This document shows positions 22,325 to 32,779 of a stretch of DNA of 38,088 nucleotides, piece after piece; position 1 is the stretch's first letter; every line of letters begins with the position of its first letter. Source of the stretch: a virus. Location of the stretch: the UHGV virus genome UHGV-0049967; one strand, given 5' to 3'. Below the pieces are notes generated by a model that did no database searches, was not told where the DNA came from, and saw only the letters and a program-made list of their open reading frames with translations. The position numbers and the translations under genes were made by a program.

Positions 22325-22612
22325 GTCTTACCCCCAATAAGGGGATTTGCTCTATTTAATTAGGAATAAGGTCGATTACTGATAGAACAAATCCAGGCTA
22401 CTGTGTTTAGTAATCAGATTTGTTCGTGACCGATATGCACGGGCAAAACGGCAGGAGGTTGTTAGCGCAACCCCTTGCCACCCGCTTTCACGAAGCCAGC
22501 CATTGCGCTGGTTTTCTTTTATGCAAAGCACACCACACCGTAGCCACAGCGGATAAGGTGATTATTTTTGTCTGTCTGGTATTTGGTTTGATGTGCTTTC
22601 AGAAAGGCCGTG

Positions 22613-22656
22613 CTTAAAACGCAAAAAGCCCCGAGCTATTAACTCAGGGCTTTATT
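22613..22656 (-). terminator. tR'-like intrinsic terminator of the short late leader RNA
   Basis: On the minus strand, AAAGCCC..GGGGCTTT hairpin followed by TTTTTGCGTTTT, about 60 nt downstream of the predicted pR' start. Confidence 0.55.
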
Positions 22657-22679
22657 TAACGAGTGCATTTATCCATCGT

Positions 22680-22715
22680 TGGGTCAAATTTACCCAACTT
22701 TATTCAAAAAGTCAA
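22680..22715 (-). promoter_or_regulatory. Late promoter pR' with Q-utilisation (qut) region
   Basis: Minus strand TTGACT-17 bp-TAAATT then TGACCCAACGATGG; nearly identical to lambda pR' through the early transcribed region. Confidence 0.6.
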
Positions 22716-22757
22716 TATCATGCCGTTAATATGTTGCCATCCGTGGCAATCATGCTG

Positions 22758-23381
22758 CTAACGTGTGACCGCATTCAAAATGTTGTCTGCGATTGACTCT
22801 TCCTTGTGGCATTGCACCACCAGAGCGTCATACAGTGGCTTAACAGTGCGTGACCAGGTGGGTTGAGTAAGGTTTGGGATTAGCATCGTTACAGCGCGAT
22901 ATGCGGCGCTTGCTGGCATTCTTGAATAGCCGACACCTTTGCATCTTCCGCACTCTTTCTCAACAACTCTCCCCCACTGCTCTGTTTTGGCTATATCAAC
23001 CGCACGGCCTGTACCGTGGCAATCTCTGCATCTTGCGCCCGGCGTCGCGGCACTACGGCAATAATCCGCATAAGCGAATGTTGCGAGCACTTGCAGTACC
23101 TTTGCCTTAGTATTTCCTTCGAGCTTTGCCACACCACGGTATTTCCCCGATACCTTGTGTGCAAATTGCATCAGATAGTTGATAGCCTTTTGTTTGTCGT
23201 TCTGGCTGAGTTCATGCTTACCACAGAATGCAGCCATTCCGAATCCGGCTTGTGATTGCGCCATCCCCATAGCAGCCATCACATCAGTACCGGAAAGAGA
23301 GTCAGAAGCCGTGGCCCGTGGTGAGTCACTCATCATCGGGCTTTTTGGCGAATGAAATTTAGCTACGCTTTCGAGTCTCAT
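22758..23381 (-). CDS. Q: Late antiterminator Q (lambda type)
   Basis: 207 aa, MRLESVAKFHSPKSPMMSDSPRATASDSLSG... essentially lambda Q. Confidence 0.95.
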   Translation of the reverse strand: MRLESVAKFHSPKSPMMSDSPRATASDSLSGTDVMAAMGMAQSQAGFGMAAFCGKHELSQNDKQKAINYLMQFAHKVSGKYRGVAKLEGNTKAKVLQVLATFAYADYCRSAATPGARCRDCHGTGRAVDIAKTEQWGRVVEKECGRCKGVGYSRMPASAAYRAVTMLIPNLTQPTWSRTVKPLYDALVVQCHKEESIADNILNAVTR

Positions 23382-23566
23382 CGTCTTCCCCTCTTGCCCT
23401 GTTTGACCATCAGGACGCCGTTAACTATTACGTGACGCTCGCCTTTGCTGTCTCGGTTGTACTTGAGCACTGTTCCTCTTGCGCAGGAAAGCATCCTCGC
23501 CACTTCGGTCTGATTGCCTCGTGTCTGGATAAGAAGCTCTGGTATCGTTTGAATTGTGGCGTTCAT
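23378..23566 (-). CDS. ninH: NinH-like protein
   Basis: ...IPELLIQTRGNQTEVARMLSCARGTVLKYNRD... matches the lambda NinH signature. Confidence 0.8.
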   Translation of the reverse strand: MNATIQTIPELLIQTRGNQTEVARMLSCARGTVLKYNRDSKGERHVIVNGVLMVKQGKRGRR

Positions 23567-23925
23567 GCGTTCTCCAGTTCGGTGATTTTTATTCCAAGCC
23601 TTCCGCCTGGTACTTTCACGCCACGAATTACGCGAATGTCATCGAATTGCTCGTCGTCTTCCGCAAATCCGGCGTGGATAAGGGAGTCGAGTAATCCTTT
23701 CAGGATGTTATCGAGGTCGCGGCGGCGGGAGTCTGGAACGTCTGCGATGACTTTGATGCGGAGTCGTGATTTGGTGAAAATGTCTAACTTGAGTTGGCGG
23801 ATGATTTGCTGAACGTCTTTTCGGTATTTCTGGCCTTTATCGCTGATGTAGTATTGGCTTCCCCGTCTTCGCCAGTAGGTATTCACCGACGGCGGGTATG
23901 GAAGCACAAACTGATATTCGTTCAT
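23563..23925 (-). CDS. rusA: Holliday junction resolvase RusA
   Basis: 120 aa, MNEYQFVLPYPPSVNTYWRRRG... RusA family. Confidence 0.9.
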   Translation of the reverse strand: MNEYQFVLPYPPSVNTYWRRRGSQYYISDKGQKYRKDVQQIIRQLKLDIFTKSRLRIKVIADVPDSRRRDLDNILKGLLDSLIHAGFAEDDEQFDDIRVIRGVKVPGGRLGIKITELENA

Positions 23926-24212
23926 GGCTTAATCTTTCCCTCCTTCAGTAGTATCGCCTGCGTCCTGATCACGCCTTCGAGGTGGTAAAGTCTGGCGTCT
24001 TTGTTGTCGAGGTTATGGGTGCGTCGGTCGATTTCATCGTGACACGCGCTACAAGCCCATGCGCCGATCAGGTCGTCAGGCTTCATTCCAGTTCCGCAAA
24101 TTCCAGCCATCCGATAATGTGCCAGAACTGTAGTTTCAGGATTGCCATTGCATACGCCGTAAATACGTACCTGGCATTCTCTGCCGCGTGCTTCTTTGCG
24201 TAGGTTAGCCAT
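23922..24212 (-). CDS. ybcO: YbcO-like (DUF1364) putative nuclease
   Basis: MANLRKEARGRECQVRIYGVCNGNPETTVLAHYRMAG...ACSACHDEIDRR resembles DLP12 YbcO. Confidence 0.75.
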   Translation of the reverse strand: MANLRKEARGRECQVRIYGVCNGNPETTVLAHYRMAGICGTGMKPDDLIGAWACSACHDEIDRRTHNLDNKDARLYHLEGVIRTQAILLKEGKIKP

Positions 24213-24417
24213 TTACCTTCCCTCGCAATTGAAGAATTGACTGAAGGTCTTTTTTAATAAATATGCGAGTGCGAATTGAGCAGTAGTTTTCCTTCATTCT
24301 GGCGTAGTAATAGTCCTTTCTTTGCTTAAGCTTGTTGGCATCCGCTGTCATCCAGTCTTTTACAGCAAACTTAATTAACCAGCGGTGGCAGAGATACCAT
24401 TTCAGGTAATCACTCAT
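24205..24417 (-). CDS. Hypothetical nin-region protein (70 aa)
   Basis: ORF in the operon context between ninF and ybcO; no recognised motif. Confidence 0.45.
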   Translation of the reverse strand: MSDYLKWYLCHRWLIKFAVKDWMTADANKLKQRKDYYYARMKENYCSIRTRIFIKKDLQSILQLRGKVNG

Positions 24418-24586
24418 CGTCTTCTTCCTCGTACATTGAGCTATTCGGATCGCTCATCAGTTCTGCGCAGCAATCGGAACACACGTGAACTTCCAGCACA
24501 TGCAGCTTCTGACCGCAGTTAGCGCACGTTAAAGCTCGCTCGACGCTTTCTTTCTGGTATTGAAGAGATTGGGATGGACTAAGCAT
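24410..24586 (-). CDS. ninF: NinF-like protein
   Basis: [36 protein letters not shown]... matches lambda NinF; start at the internal Met preferred. Confidence 0.8.
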   Translation of the reverse strand: MLSPSQSLQYQKESVERALTCANCGQKLHVLEVHVCSDCCAELMSDPNSSMYEEEDDE

Positions 24587-24986
24587 GGCTTTCACCATTA
24601 AAAAGTCGCTTGTAAGCATCAATGTCTCGTTTTGCTTCACCAAGCTTTCGTCTTAATTCCATGTTTTCTGATTCAAGCTTTTCCATGTCTTGCTGGTATC
24701 GATCGCGGTGTTCTTTCCATGCTTTTCGATACGCCTTCATGTATGTCGTATTGGCCTTTCTCTTTGCCTGACGAACTGCGTGGTGGTTTTTCACAAACCA
24801 GTCAGGGTCGTTAAATGCTGCTCTGGCACATGTATACCAATAATTTGTTGCCTCCCTGTTTAGCCAATAAATACTGATAAATGGCAACCGGATAGACATC
24901 ATTTTTCGTTGTGACTCTTTCTCGCCAAACATGTGCCCTTTTTTGATGCTAAGGCCAAATCCAGGTTGAATTAAAAGCATTGTCAT
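24579..24986 (-). CDS. Hypothetical nin-region protein (about 135 aa) with C-terminal coiled coil, inserted between ninE and ninF
   Basis: ATGA start/stop overlap with ninE; C-terminal [32 protein letters not shown]. Confidence 0.5.
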   Translation of the reverse strand: MTMLLIQPGFGLSIKKGHMFGEKESQRKMMSIRLPFISIYWLNREATNYWYTCARAAFNDPDWFVKNHHAVRQAKRKANTTYMKAYRKAWKEHRDRYQQDMEKLESENMELRRKLGEAKRDIDAYKRLFNGESHA

Positions 24987-25159
24987 TTCCTCGCACGATG
25001 TCTTAGCCACCGGATATCCCACAGATGAGCCGTGTAATTGAAAGTTTTTACGTCAGATTCTTTTGGGATTGGCTTGGGTTTATTTCTGGTGCGTTTCGTT
25101 GGAAGGTATTTGCAGTTTTCGCAGATGATGTCGGTGAAACTTCGTCGCTGTCGTCTCAT
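24983..25159 (-). CDS. ninE: NinE-like protein
   Basis: [58 protein letters not shown] matches lambda NinE. Confidence 0.8.
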   Translation of the reverse strand: MRRQRRSFTDIICENCKYLPTKRTRNKPKPIPKESDVKTFNYTAHLWDIRWLRHRARK

Positions 25160-25566
25160 TCGTACCTCCTGTCGGTAAATCTGACTCCCTGACCAATAGC
25201 CCATGCTGTTGTGTACTCGATCAGACTTGCCATACGCTTCACGCTCATCTGCGCGCTGCTTTCGCGAATGTTGACGTATTCGCCTTCAAGCCCGGGCAAA
25301 ACATCAGCTTCCTGCTTTGTTGCCACTGCATGACCGCTAATCAACAAAACCTTCCATTGTTCTGGTTTTAACCACTTATCGCACCATTGAACCTGACGAG
25401 CGATATCCGCCAGCATCGCGTGAAATTTTGCGTTCTGGTCAAGATTTCGCTTGTAGTCAGTAATGCGGATGGTGACTGGCTTGTCTTTATCGAGTGGTGT
25501 TGCGAGGATGGCATTTATTGCAGCTTGCTGTTGTTGCTTAGTTCGGAGGAAGATTGTTTGCTTCAT
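25156..25566 (-). CDS. ninB: NinB (Orf-family recombination mediator)
   Basis: 136 aa; ...[22 protein letters not shown]... resembles lambda NinB. Confidence 0.8.
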   Translation of the reverse strand: MKQTIFLRTKQQQQAAINAILATPLDKDKPVTIRITDYKRNLDQNAKFHAMLADIARQVQWCDKWLKPEQWKVLLISGHAVATKQEADVLPGLEGEYVNIRESSAQMSVKRMASLIEYTTAWAIGQGVRFTDRRYE

Positions 25567-25568
25567 CG

Positions 25569-25883
25569 TTACTCCTTCACTTTGACTCCAGCAGAGCGGA
25601 TGTTTTCCTCATAAGCATCCATTGCATCACCGAAGCCATTGGAATAATCAACAGTAAACCCTTTGGCTAATGCTTCTCTGCTGTCGATAAACTTTGGCGC
25701 TGTTATTTCAATAGCTGCTCGCGATGCCTGCCATAAAGCCCACCACTCATTTAAGGAGTGACGAATATCCATGCTTGAAAATGCGAAGTACCTATCACCA
25801 TTTCTTGCCTCGGTTATCATCTCGAATGGTAATCTCAATTTTTTGGCAACGTATTCCTCAAACTGCTTTCTTGATTCGTCCAT
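25569..25883 (-). CDS. Hypothetical protein (104 aa)
   Basis: ORF in the operon context between the primase-helicase and ninB. Confidence 0.5.
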   Translation of the reverse strand: MDESRKQFEEYVAKKLRLPFEMITEARNGDRYFAFSSMDIRHSLNEWWALWQASRAAIEITAPKFIDSREALAKGFTVDYSNGFGDAMDAYEENIRSAGVKVKE

Positions 25884-25894
25884 ATCAATCCCCG

Positions 25895-26095
25895 TTATGA
25901 CAGGTTAATTTTCACCCAACCCTTCCCACGCACATTTGCAACAAACCCTTTCTTTCTCAGGTATTGCATACGGCGATCGATGGTTTCGATATACATTCCA
26001 TTGCTCCGCCATTTAAGCCAGATATCAAAAACAGGTGTTGGTCTTTCACTCAGCATTGAAAGAATGTTTTGATCTAATTTTTCGTACTTGCTCAC
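25895..26095 (-). CDS. Hypothetical protein (66 aa)
   Basis: ORF in the operon context; basic C-terminus. Confidence 0.45.
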   Translation of the reverse strand: MSKYEKLDQNILSMLSERPTPVFDIWLKWRSNGMYIETIDRRMQYLRKKGFVANVRGKGWVKINLS

Positions 26096-26418
26096 AAATA
26101 CCCTCTCTCACTTAATCGCGCCCACGCTTCGTTAAACTCATCTCTGGTTGCGCCGGATTTTCTTTCTTCAAACATCATGCATTCGCTGATGTCTCCCCAT
26201 GACTTTGGTCGCTTTTCAGCGAACAGATCATCCCATTCGAATACCCAGCGTCCTGATTTTCGGTAGTGGTAAATGGTCAGCCATGTTGTGCTGTTCGCTG
26301 GATACCCATAGAGAACTTCGACTTTTTGATCACGGTCTTTATGCTTTTTCAGCAGGATAAAGCCAGCAACCAGCGAAGCTCCGGCAAGAATGATGATTGG
26401 AATTTGCCAGTCAGCCAC
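26092..26418 (-). CDS. Hypothetical membrane-anchored protein (108 aa, GTG start)
   Basis: N-terminal hydrophobic segment IPIIILAGASLVAGFILL. Confidence 0.5.
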   Translation of the reverse strand: MADWQIPIIILAGASLVAGFILLKKHKDRDQKVEVLYGYPANSTTWLTIYHYRKSGRWVFEWDDLFAEKRPKSWGDISECMMFEERKSGATRDEFNEAWARLSERGYL

Positions 26419-26494
26419 ACTTCCCTCTCCCCCAAATAAAAAGGCCTGCGATTACCAGCAGGCCTGTTATTAGCTCAGTGATGTAGATGGTCAT

Positions 26495-28375
26495 TTAATA
26501 CTCCGTCACATTTTCCTGTCGCCACGCCTCGTCATATTCCGATTTCGGCATATTGGCGATGTAGCTATATGGCGATCCTGATTCAAGTTGCAGGAACTGG
26601 TGCGATTGCTCGTCAAGGAACAACGGGACACCACCTTCCCAACCTTCGCCGTTACGTTGTTTTTCAAGCATCAAAACAGATGCCGGAGATGCCAGTAACT
26701 GTTCGTCCTTCTCTGACATCTTTTCACCACTCTGAACTCTCTGTAACGCTCTCTCGCGAGCCTTGTTACGCCAGATGATGAAAAGGTTGTCTGTCAGGTC
26801 TGTTATCGCTCCAGAGCCTTTTACGTCCATTTTCCCGGTTGGTTTTTCTTCGCTGTCTCCTTTTCGCGAGTGAGTAACGAGAATGACGTGGGAGTTTGTT
26901 TTGTTTTTGAAGTCGCAAATCGAGTCAACAAACGCCTTCTGCCCGTTATAGTCATCGTCGCCTATGCCACATTTCATCAGGCTGTCGATGATGAATAACT
27001 GGATCCCGTATCGGCGGCGAGCGTAGTCGAATATTTCGATCAGCCTGTCGGCTTTCGCCGTTCCGGTCAGACCAAACACCCAAAGTCTTTCGTCATAAAA
27101 TTTAAATGCAGAGTCAATTTCCAGCACTGGCGGCATCTTGCAGCACGTCGCCTGACGGGTAAGGCGCTTAAGGAGAATACCAGGCTTCAGCTCAAGTGAC
27201 GCGATGCACGTCTTCACACCCTGACGCATTGCCTCAAGAGCCATATGCCCGACAACCTCCGTTTTTCCGTGACCGTTCACACCATTGACCAGCGTCAACT
27301 CGGCCTCACGGAACTGGAATTTATCTGCCAGAGATTCCCACGGTGGATTAAACAGATACTGCTGCTTGCCGTAGAAAGCGTTGATAGTGTCCTGGTAAAA
27401 CTCTCGCGCGCTGTAGAGTTCTTCAGGGTCGAAGTAGGATGCCGTGCCGATGTACTGCCAGATTTCATCCTCGGTAACACCGTTCATCAGGCATTCGTTG
27501 ATGTCTTTGTACGGCAGAGTAACAAGACGGCAACGATGTTCACCGAGTCGGCTTGCGATTTCCCTTGCGGCTTCACGACCAACATCATCAACGTCCATCG
27601 AGATGAATATTTCCTCAAACCTGTCGAGGTTGTGATACTCAAACTCAATCCACTGTTGCTTAGCGCCTTTCCCTCCACCAAACGGTACGGATAACGCCGA
27701 GATTCCGTATTGCGCATAGCTCATACAATCAATTTCGCCTTCGCAAAGTACAACCGCCCTCACGCCAGCGTCCAGAGCCTGCCATCCGAACAGACAAGGT
27801 TCGCAATCACCTTCTGCCATAATGACTTTCTTCCCGTCCGGGCGCTCAGTGCTGATTCGCTTGACCTGCAACAACTCACCATCGCGTTTGTACGGAATCA
27901 CCAGAGCATCCAGTTCCCGCTCTCCATTCCACACCTTGCCGCTGACAACCTCGTAGCGCTTTACGATTTCTGGCGATATGCCACGCGATTGCAGGTACTC
28001 AAGATGGGATTCTGTTCTGGTAACGTAGCGGGCGATTTTCTTGCGATCAGGTCTGGAGAATTTCTTCTCACGTTTGGCATCGAAATGGTGATCGTCATCC
28101 TTGATACCGAGAAATGCTTTCGCTTCCTGCATAGCCTGATGCAGGTTAATTCCACGACATGCCATCCACAAATCAAGCATGTCACCGCCGTCTCCCTCAG
28201 CGAAATCAGCCCATTTTTTCTTGCCGCTAAGGTTGACCTTAAGGCTGTTTCCCTTGTCACCGTTGACGTTACCGGCAACCCACTCATGCCCCTCTTTCTT
28301 GCCGTTTGGCAACAGGTGCGGAGCCACCCTGTCAACCTGCGCCCAAAGCAGGTCGCTAAGTTCACTTGGCGTCAT
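26495..28375 (-). CDS. Bifunctional DNA primase/helicase (TOPRIM primase fused to a DnaB/RecA-like SF4 helicase domain)
   Basis: TOPRIM-like VVLCEGEIDCMSYAQYGISALSVPFGGG; Walker A-like NGVNGHGKTE; 626 aa; occupies the P/helicase position after the O-like gene. Confidence 0.8.
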   Translation of the reverse strand: MTPSELSDLLWAQVDRVAPHLLPNGKKEGHEWVAGNVNGDKGNSLKVNLSGKKKWADFAEGDGGDMLDLWMACRGINLHQAMQEAKAFLGIKDDDHHFDAKREKKFSRPDRKKIARYVTRTESHLEYLQSRGISPEIVKRYEVVSGKVWNGERELDALVIPYKRDGELLQVKRISTERPDGKKVIMAEGDCEPCLFGWQALDAGVRAVVLCEGEIDCMSYAQYGISALSVPFGGGKGAKQQWIEFEYHNLDRFEEIFISMDVDDVGREAAREIASRLGEHRCRLVTLPYKDINECLMNGVTEDEIWQYIGTASYFDPEELYSAREFYQDTINAFYGKQQYLFNPPWESLADKFQFREAELTLVNGVNGHGKTEVVGHMALEAMRQGVKTCIASLELKPGILLKRLTRQATCCKMPPVLEIDSAFKFYDERLWVFGLTGTAKADRLIEIFDYARRRYGIQLFIIDSLMKCGIGDDDYNGQKAFVDSICDFKNKTNSHVILVTHSRKGDSEEKPTGKMDVKGSGAITDLTDNLFIIWRNKARERALQRVQSGEKMSEKDEQLLASPASVLMLEKQRNGEGWEGGVPLFLDEQSHQFLQLESGSPYSYIANMPKSEYDEAWRQENVTEY

Positions 28376-28482
28376 GATTCCCTCAGATTGAGATTTTTAA
28401 ACCAGAAATCGACAAACGAAATACTTAACCAGCCGTGGTTATAACCAGCGACCAGTAGCGATTTGATTTTTGATTTCATGGT

Positions 28483-29343
28483 TCACCTGTCGAAAAACAC
28501 GTAGCCAGTTTTCGATACGGTGATTGCGGATGATGGTTTGGATTGTGGTTGAATGGTTTCTGGCTTTTCGTCGTTCCAGCGCTGACCGTTCAGGTAGCTC
28601 GATGGTAACAACCTGTCGAATCCGAACTGCTTACCATTCCTGCATGCGATGTCTTCTGCCAGCATCGTGGCAAACTCGCTTGCCGTACCCCTTGTAGTTT
28701 TACGCCATTCCCTGAACTGTGTTCTGAATGCTGAAGCTGCGTTTTTCTTCCCGGCTTTCCGCATGCCTGCACACCAGAATATTTCCTCGAAGGCCTTGTC
28801 GGTTTCTTCGTGACGGTCAGGTGATTTTTCACACTCCGTCCGAACACTTTCGGACATAGTGTTTTTATTATTTCTTTTTTCTTTTGTAATAGTTTCTTTT
28901 GTGTGTCCCTGTTTTGGTGACAGCGCTGTCACCGTTTTGGTGACACTTTTTGTCACCAATGTAGTGACATTATCACCAGAGTAGTGACACCCTTCGATTT
29001 GCCATTCTTCGATGTTCTTGTTAGGACCGATTTGCTGGCCTTCGCGAAGGATAACCTTCATCGCGATAAGCTCATTCTTGGCCTTGTTTACCTTCTGTCT
29101 TGGCAGCCTGGTAATTTGAGCTAACTGACTATCAGAGATGCGATCCATCTTTTTACCGTAGCCGTATGTTTTACGGCATATGGCGTGGGCAACCTTGCTC
29201 TGATTTTTCGTTAAATCTGCGCCGATAAGCTCTTCATACAGGGCATTTGCAAGACGGGTATAACCATCTTCAACTTCTGCCACACGACGCTCCACAGGCC
29301 GTTGTGAAGGCCTTAAATGTGTTACGGTTGCAAGATTACTCAT
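28483..29343 (-). CDS. Replication initiator with lambda O-like N-terminal origin-binding domain
   Basis: ...[61 protein letters not shown]... parallels the lambda O N-terminus; ori iterons lie inside the gene. Confidence 0.8.
   Translation of the reverse strand: MSNLATVTHLRPSQRPVERRVAEVEDGYTRLANALYEELIGADLTKNQSKVAHAICRKTYGYGKKMDRISDSQLAQITRLPRQKVNKAKNELIAMKVILREGQQIGPNKNIEEWQIEGCHYSGDNVTTLVTKSVTKTVTALSPKQGHTKETITKEKRNNKNTMSESVRTECEKSPDRHEETDKAFEEIFWCAGMRKAGKKNAASAFRTQFREWRKTTRGTASEFATMLAEDIACRNGKQFGFDRLLPSSYLNGQRWNDEKPETIQPQSKPSSAITVSKTGYVFFDR
28861..28995 (-). promoter_or_regulatory. Replication origin: iterons (GGTGACA/TGTCACC units) plus adjacent AT-rich region inside the O-like gene
   Basis: GGTGACAGCGCTGTCACC, GGTGACACTTTTTGTCACC and GTAGTGACA-type repeats at 28906-28992, followed (in the direction of O transcription) by an AT-rich stretch at 28861-28905, the same architecture as lambda ori. 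Confidence 0.7.
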
Positions 29344-29489
29344 GACCTTTCTCCTTCTGCATCAGCTTCACTTTTTCCAACTCAGCCCGGAATCGACCAG
29401 GCTGCTTGAAGCTGGACAGGAAGCGATCACGTAGTATGTGTTTGTGAATTTTGTCCTGGTAAGGACTGAGTTGTTTTGTCATAATGACT

Positions 29490-29562
29490 CCTGTGGATTG
29501 ATCCAGTCTTTCTACATCAGGCCTCGAAGAATTCGCCGTTCTTCGGGGCTTTTTCTTTTGTC
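29490..29562 (+). ncRNA. oop: oop-like antisense RNA overlapping the 3' end of cII
   Basis: CATAAT -10-like element at 29480-29485, then the lambda-like sequence GTCATAATGACTCCTGT, then a GC-rich hairpin plus TTTTTCTTTT at about 29534-29560 on the strand antisense to cII; start and end are approximate. Confidence 0.4.
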
Positions 29563-29795
29563 AGCATTCTGGCTACTTTCTTAGCCAGTTCCGCCAACTC
29601 CTCGTCTTCAACACCCCATTCAAGAACAGCCAGAAGCATTCCCATTTTTGGGATGAAGCTGTCTTTCCATCGCGAAATTTGCGATTCATTAATCCCTAAC
29701 GCGTCGGCAACCTTTCGCTGACCACGTACAGCAATTCGATTCAGGATGTTGCTTGTAATTGCATTCGCTTTCTTGCGAGTACTTGTAAGTTGCAT
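29517..29795 (-). CDS. cII: CII transcriptional activator
   Basis: ...[51 protein letters not shown]... lambda CII-like; upstream TTGTTATCTAAGGAAATACTTACATATG matches the lambda cII leader. Confidence 0.9.
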   Translation of the reverse strand: MQLTSTRKKANAITSNILNRIAVRGQRKVADALGINESQISRWKDSFIPKMGMLLAVLEWGVEDEELAELAKKVARMLTKEKAPKNGEFFEA

Positions 29796-29874
29796 ATGTA
29801 AGTATTTCCTTAGATAACAATTGATTGAATGTATGCAAATAAATGCATACACCATAGGTGTGGTTTAATTTGAT

Positions 29875-29906
29875 GCCCTTTTTCAGGGCTGGGATGTGTA
29901 AGAGCG
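29875..29906 (-). promoter_or_regulatory. nutR (boxA plus boxB)
   Basis: Minus strand CGCTCTTA (boxA) and GCCCTGAAAAAGGGC (boxB) between cro and cII, as in lambda nutR. Confidence 0.75.
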
Positions 29907-29914
29907 GGAATGTC

Positions 29915-31267
<1,353 letters not shown>

Positions 31268-31317
31268 TCCCCACCTCAATCTCAGTAACCCAAAAACAAA
31301 CTATTTTCCGTTTAAAA

Positions 31318-31385
31318 ACAATGGAGTTTGTTTTTTGCACCTCCATTTACAATATTTCTTGTTTACAACATACAATCTTTCTTGT
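31318..31385. promoter_or_regulatory. OL operators (three ACAA-N6-TTGT sites) with PL
   Basis: ACAATGGAGTTTGT (31318-31331), ACAATATTTCTTGT (31349-31362), ACAATCTTTCTTGT (31372-31385), upstream of nutL and N. Confidence 0.75.
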
Positions 31386-31429
31386 AATTTTAAGCCATCA
31401 GCAGGACGCACTAACCACCATGAAGGTGA

Positions 31430-31460
31430 TGCTCTTAAAAATTAAGCCCTGAAGAAGGGC
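31430..31460 (+). promoter_or_regulatory. nutL (boxA plus boxB)
   Basis: TGCTCTTAAAAATTAA followed by GCCCTGAAGAAGGGC, as in lambda nutL. Confidence 0.8.
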
Positions 31461-31658
31461 AGCATTCAAAGCAGAAGGCTTTGGGATTGGATGAATGAGC
31501 AGGCTGATGCTCGACCAATGTATAAACAGCGCTCATGGCAAGCAGTAACCAATCTGCGCCTCAAGACAGCGTCACTGGTAGTGCGGGCGCTCTAACCAGT
31601 AAGCCGGGGTTCAGCGCCGGCCATCCAATCACCAAAGCTAACTGACAGGAGAATCCAG

Positions 31659-31991
31659 ATGGATGCACAAACACGCCGCCGCGAACGTCGCGCAGAGAAA
31701 CAGGCTCAATGGAAAGCAGCAAATCCCATGTTGGTTGGGGTAAGCGCAAAACCAGTTAACCGCCCTATTCTCTCGCTGAATCGCAAACCGAAATCACGAG
31801 TAGAAAGCGCACTGAATCCGATAGACCTTACGGTGCTGGCTGAATACCACGAACAGATTGAAAACAACCTGCAACGTATTGAGCGCAAGAATCAGCGCAC
31901 ATGGTACAGCAAGCCACGCAGTGAAATGGGCGTAACCTGCTCAGGCCGCCAGAAACAACGCGGAAAATCAATTCCAGCTTATTACGATTGA
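31659..31991 (+). CDS. N: Antitermination protein N (lambda type)
   Basis: MDAQTRRRERRAEKQAQWKAANPMLVGVSAKPVNRPILSLNRKPKSRVESALNPIDLTVLAEYHEQIENNLQRIERKNQRTWYSKP... essentially lambda N, including the Arg-rich boxB-binding motif. Confidence 0.95.
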   Translation: MDAQTRRRERRAEKQAQWKAANPMLVGVSAKPVNRPILSLNRKPKSRVESALNPIDLTVLAEYHEQIENNLQRIERKNQRTWYSKPRSEMGVTCSGRQKQRGKSIPAYYD

Positions 31992-31996
31992 GGTTA

Positions 31997-32266
31997 ATGA
32001 TGAAGTTCAAATTGAACGATGAAGTTAAATGGTCAAGCTCATCAAACGGTGTAACGAAGGTAAAAATCGGGTTTATCGTCGAGGTGATTCCTCCTGGTGT
32101 CAACGTAAAAAAATTCGAACTAGGCCGTCTGCTAGATGCACCTGGCCTTCCGAGGAAAGAAGAGAGCTATATAGTTTGTGTAGGTCCAAGACCCGGATCT
32201 CGAGCCAAGCCAAAATATTACTGGCCGCGAGTTAATAACCTGCGTCACTTACACGATGACAAATAG
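31997..32266 (+). CDS. Hypothetical immediate-early protein (about 89 aa)
   Basis: GAGG SD before ATG, directly downstream of N and upstream of the terminator cluster. Confidence 0.5.
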   Translation: MMKFKLNDEVKWSSSSNGVTKVKIGFIVEVIPPGVNVKKFELGRLLDAPGLPRKEESYIVCVGPRPGSRAKPKYYWPRVNNLRHLHDDK

Positions 32267-32321
32267 AAGTGAATATCATTGTTTTACTTTTTCGCAGCAA
32301 ACCACTTATTTGAGGTGATAT

Positions 32322-32645
32322 ATGGAAGCATTAGTAGTAGAGCGAAGCGAGGATGGCTACTGGACGCACCCAGAATACGCCAACCTGTTTGGGGATAGAG
32401 AGGTAATTTCAGTTGATGAGTTCAGATCTTTCTGCAAGCAGCATGGCATTGAATCATCAATTGTTGAAATGGAAAACGACAACAATCAAACGGTAATTGA
32501 CGCGTATTTTGAAGATGGGAATCCAAACATCAGTGGATGGGAGCCAAGCATGCCAGATGGAGAAGGATGGTTTGTCGGTTCGATTCACGATACAGAAGAC
32601 GGTCCGATCTGCGTTTGGTTCAGAAATGTAGATAAGGCCGCATAG
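32322..32645 (+). CDS. Strongly acidic hypothetical immediate-early protein (107 aa)
   Basis: By eye about 22 Asp/Glu versus about 6 Lys/Arg; followed directly by an intrinsic terminator. Confidence 0.55.
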   Translation: MEALVVERSEDGYWTHPEYANLFGDREVISVDEFRSFCKQHGIESSIVEMENDNNQTVIDAYFEDGNPNISGWEPSMPDGEGWFVGSIHDTEDGPICVWFRNVDKAA

Positions 32646-32660
32646 TCGGCCTTTATTTTT
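32634..32660 (+). terminator. Rho-independent terminator (tL1-like)
   Basis: AAGGCCG-CATAGT-CGGCCTT hairpin followed by TATTTTT. Confidence 0.7.
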
Positions 32661-32779
32661 GGCACAAACAACAGAATAAACACTGCACTGTGTATTCATT
32701 CCAACGAGTGAATACACGGAGCAATGTCGCTCGTAACTAAACAGGAGCCGACTTGTTCTGATTATTGGAAATCTTCTTT

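Noticed and set aside
27710-28444. 244-aa plus-strand ORF inside the primase-helicase gene
   Set aside because: Antisense to a gene with clear TOPRIM and helicase motifs; no start signals.
28861-28995. CRISPR-like or IS terminal-repeat interpretation of the GGTGACA/TGTCACC repeats
   Set aside because: The repeats are short palindromic iterons inside the O-like gene next to an AT-rich segment, which is the lambda-type ori architecture; there are no spacers of regular length and no cas or transposase genes.
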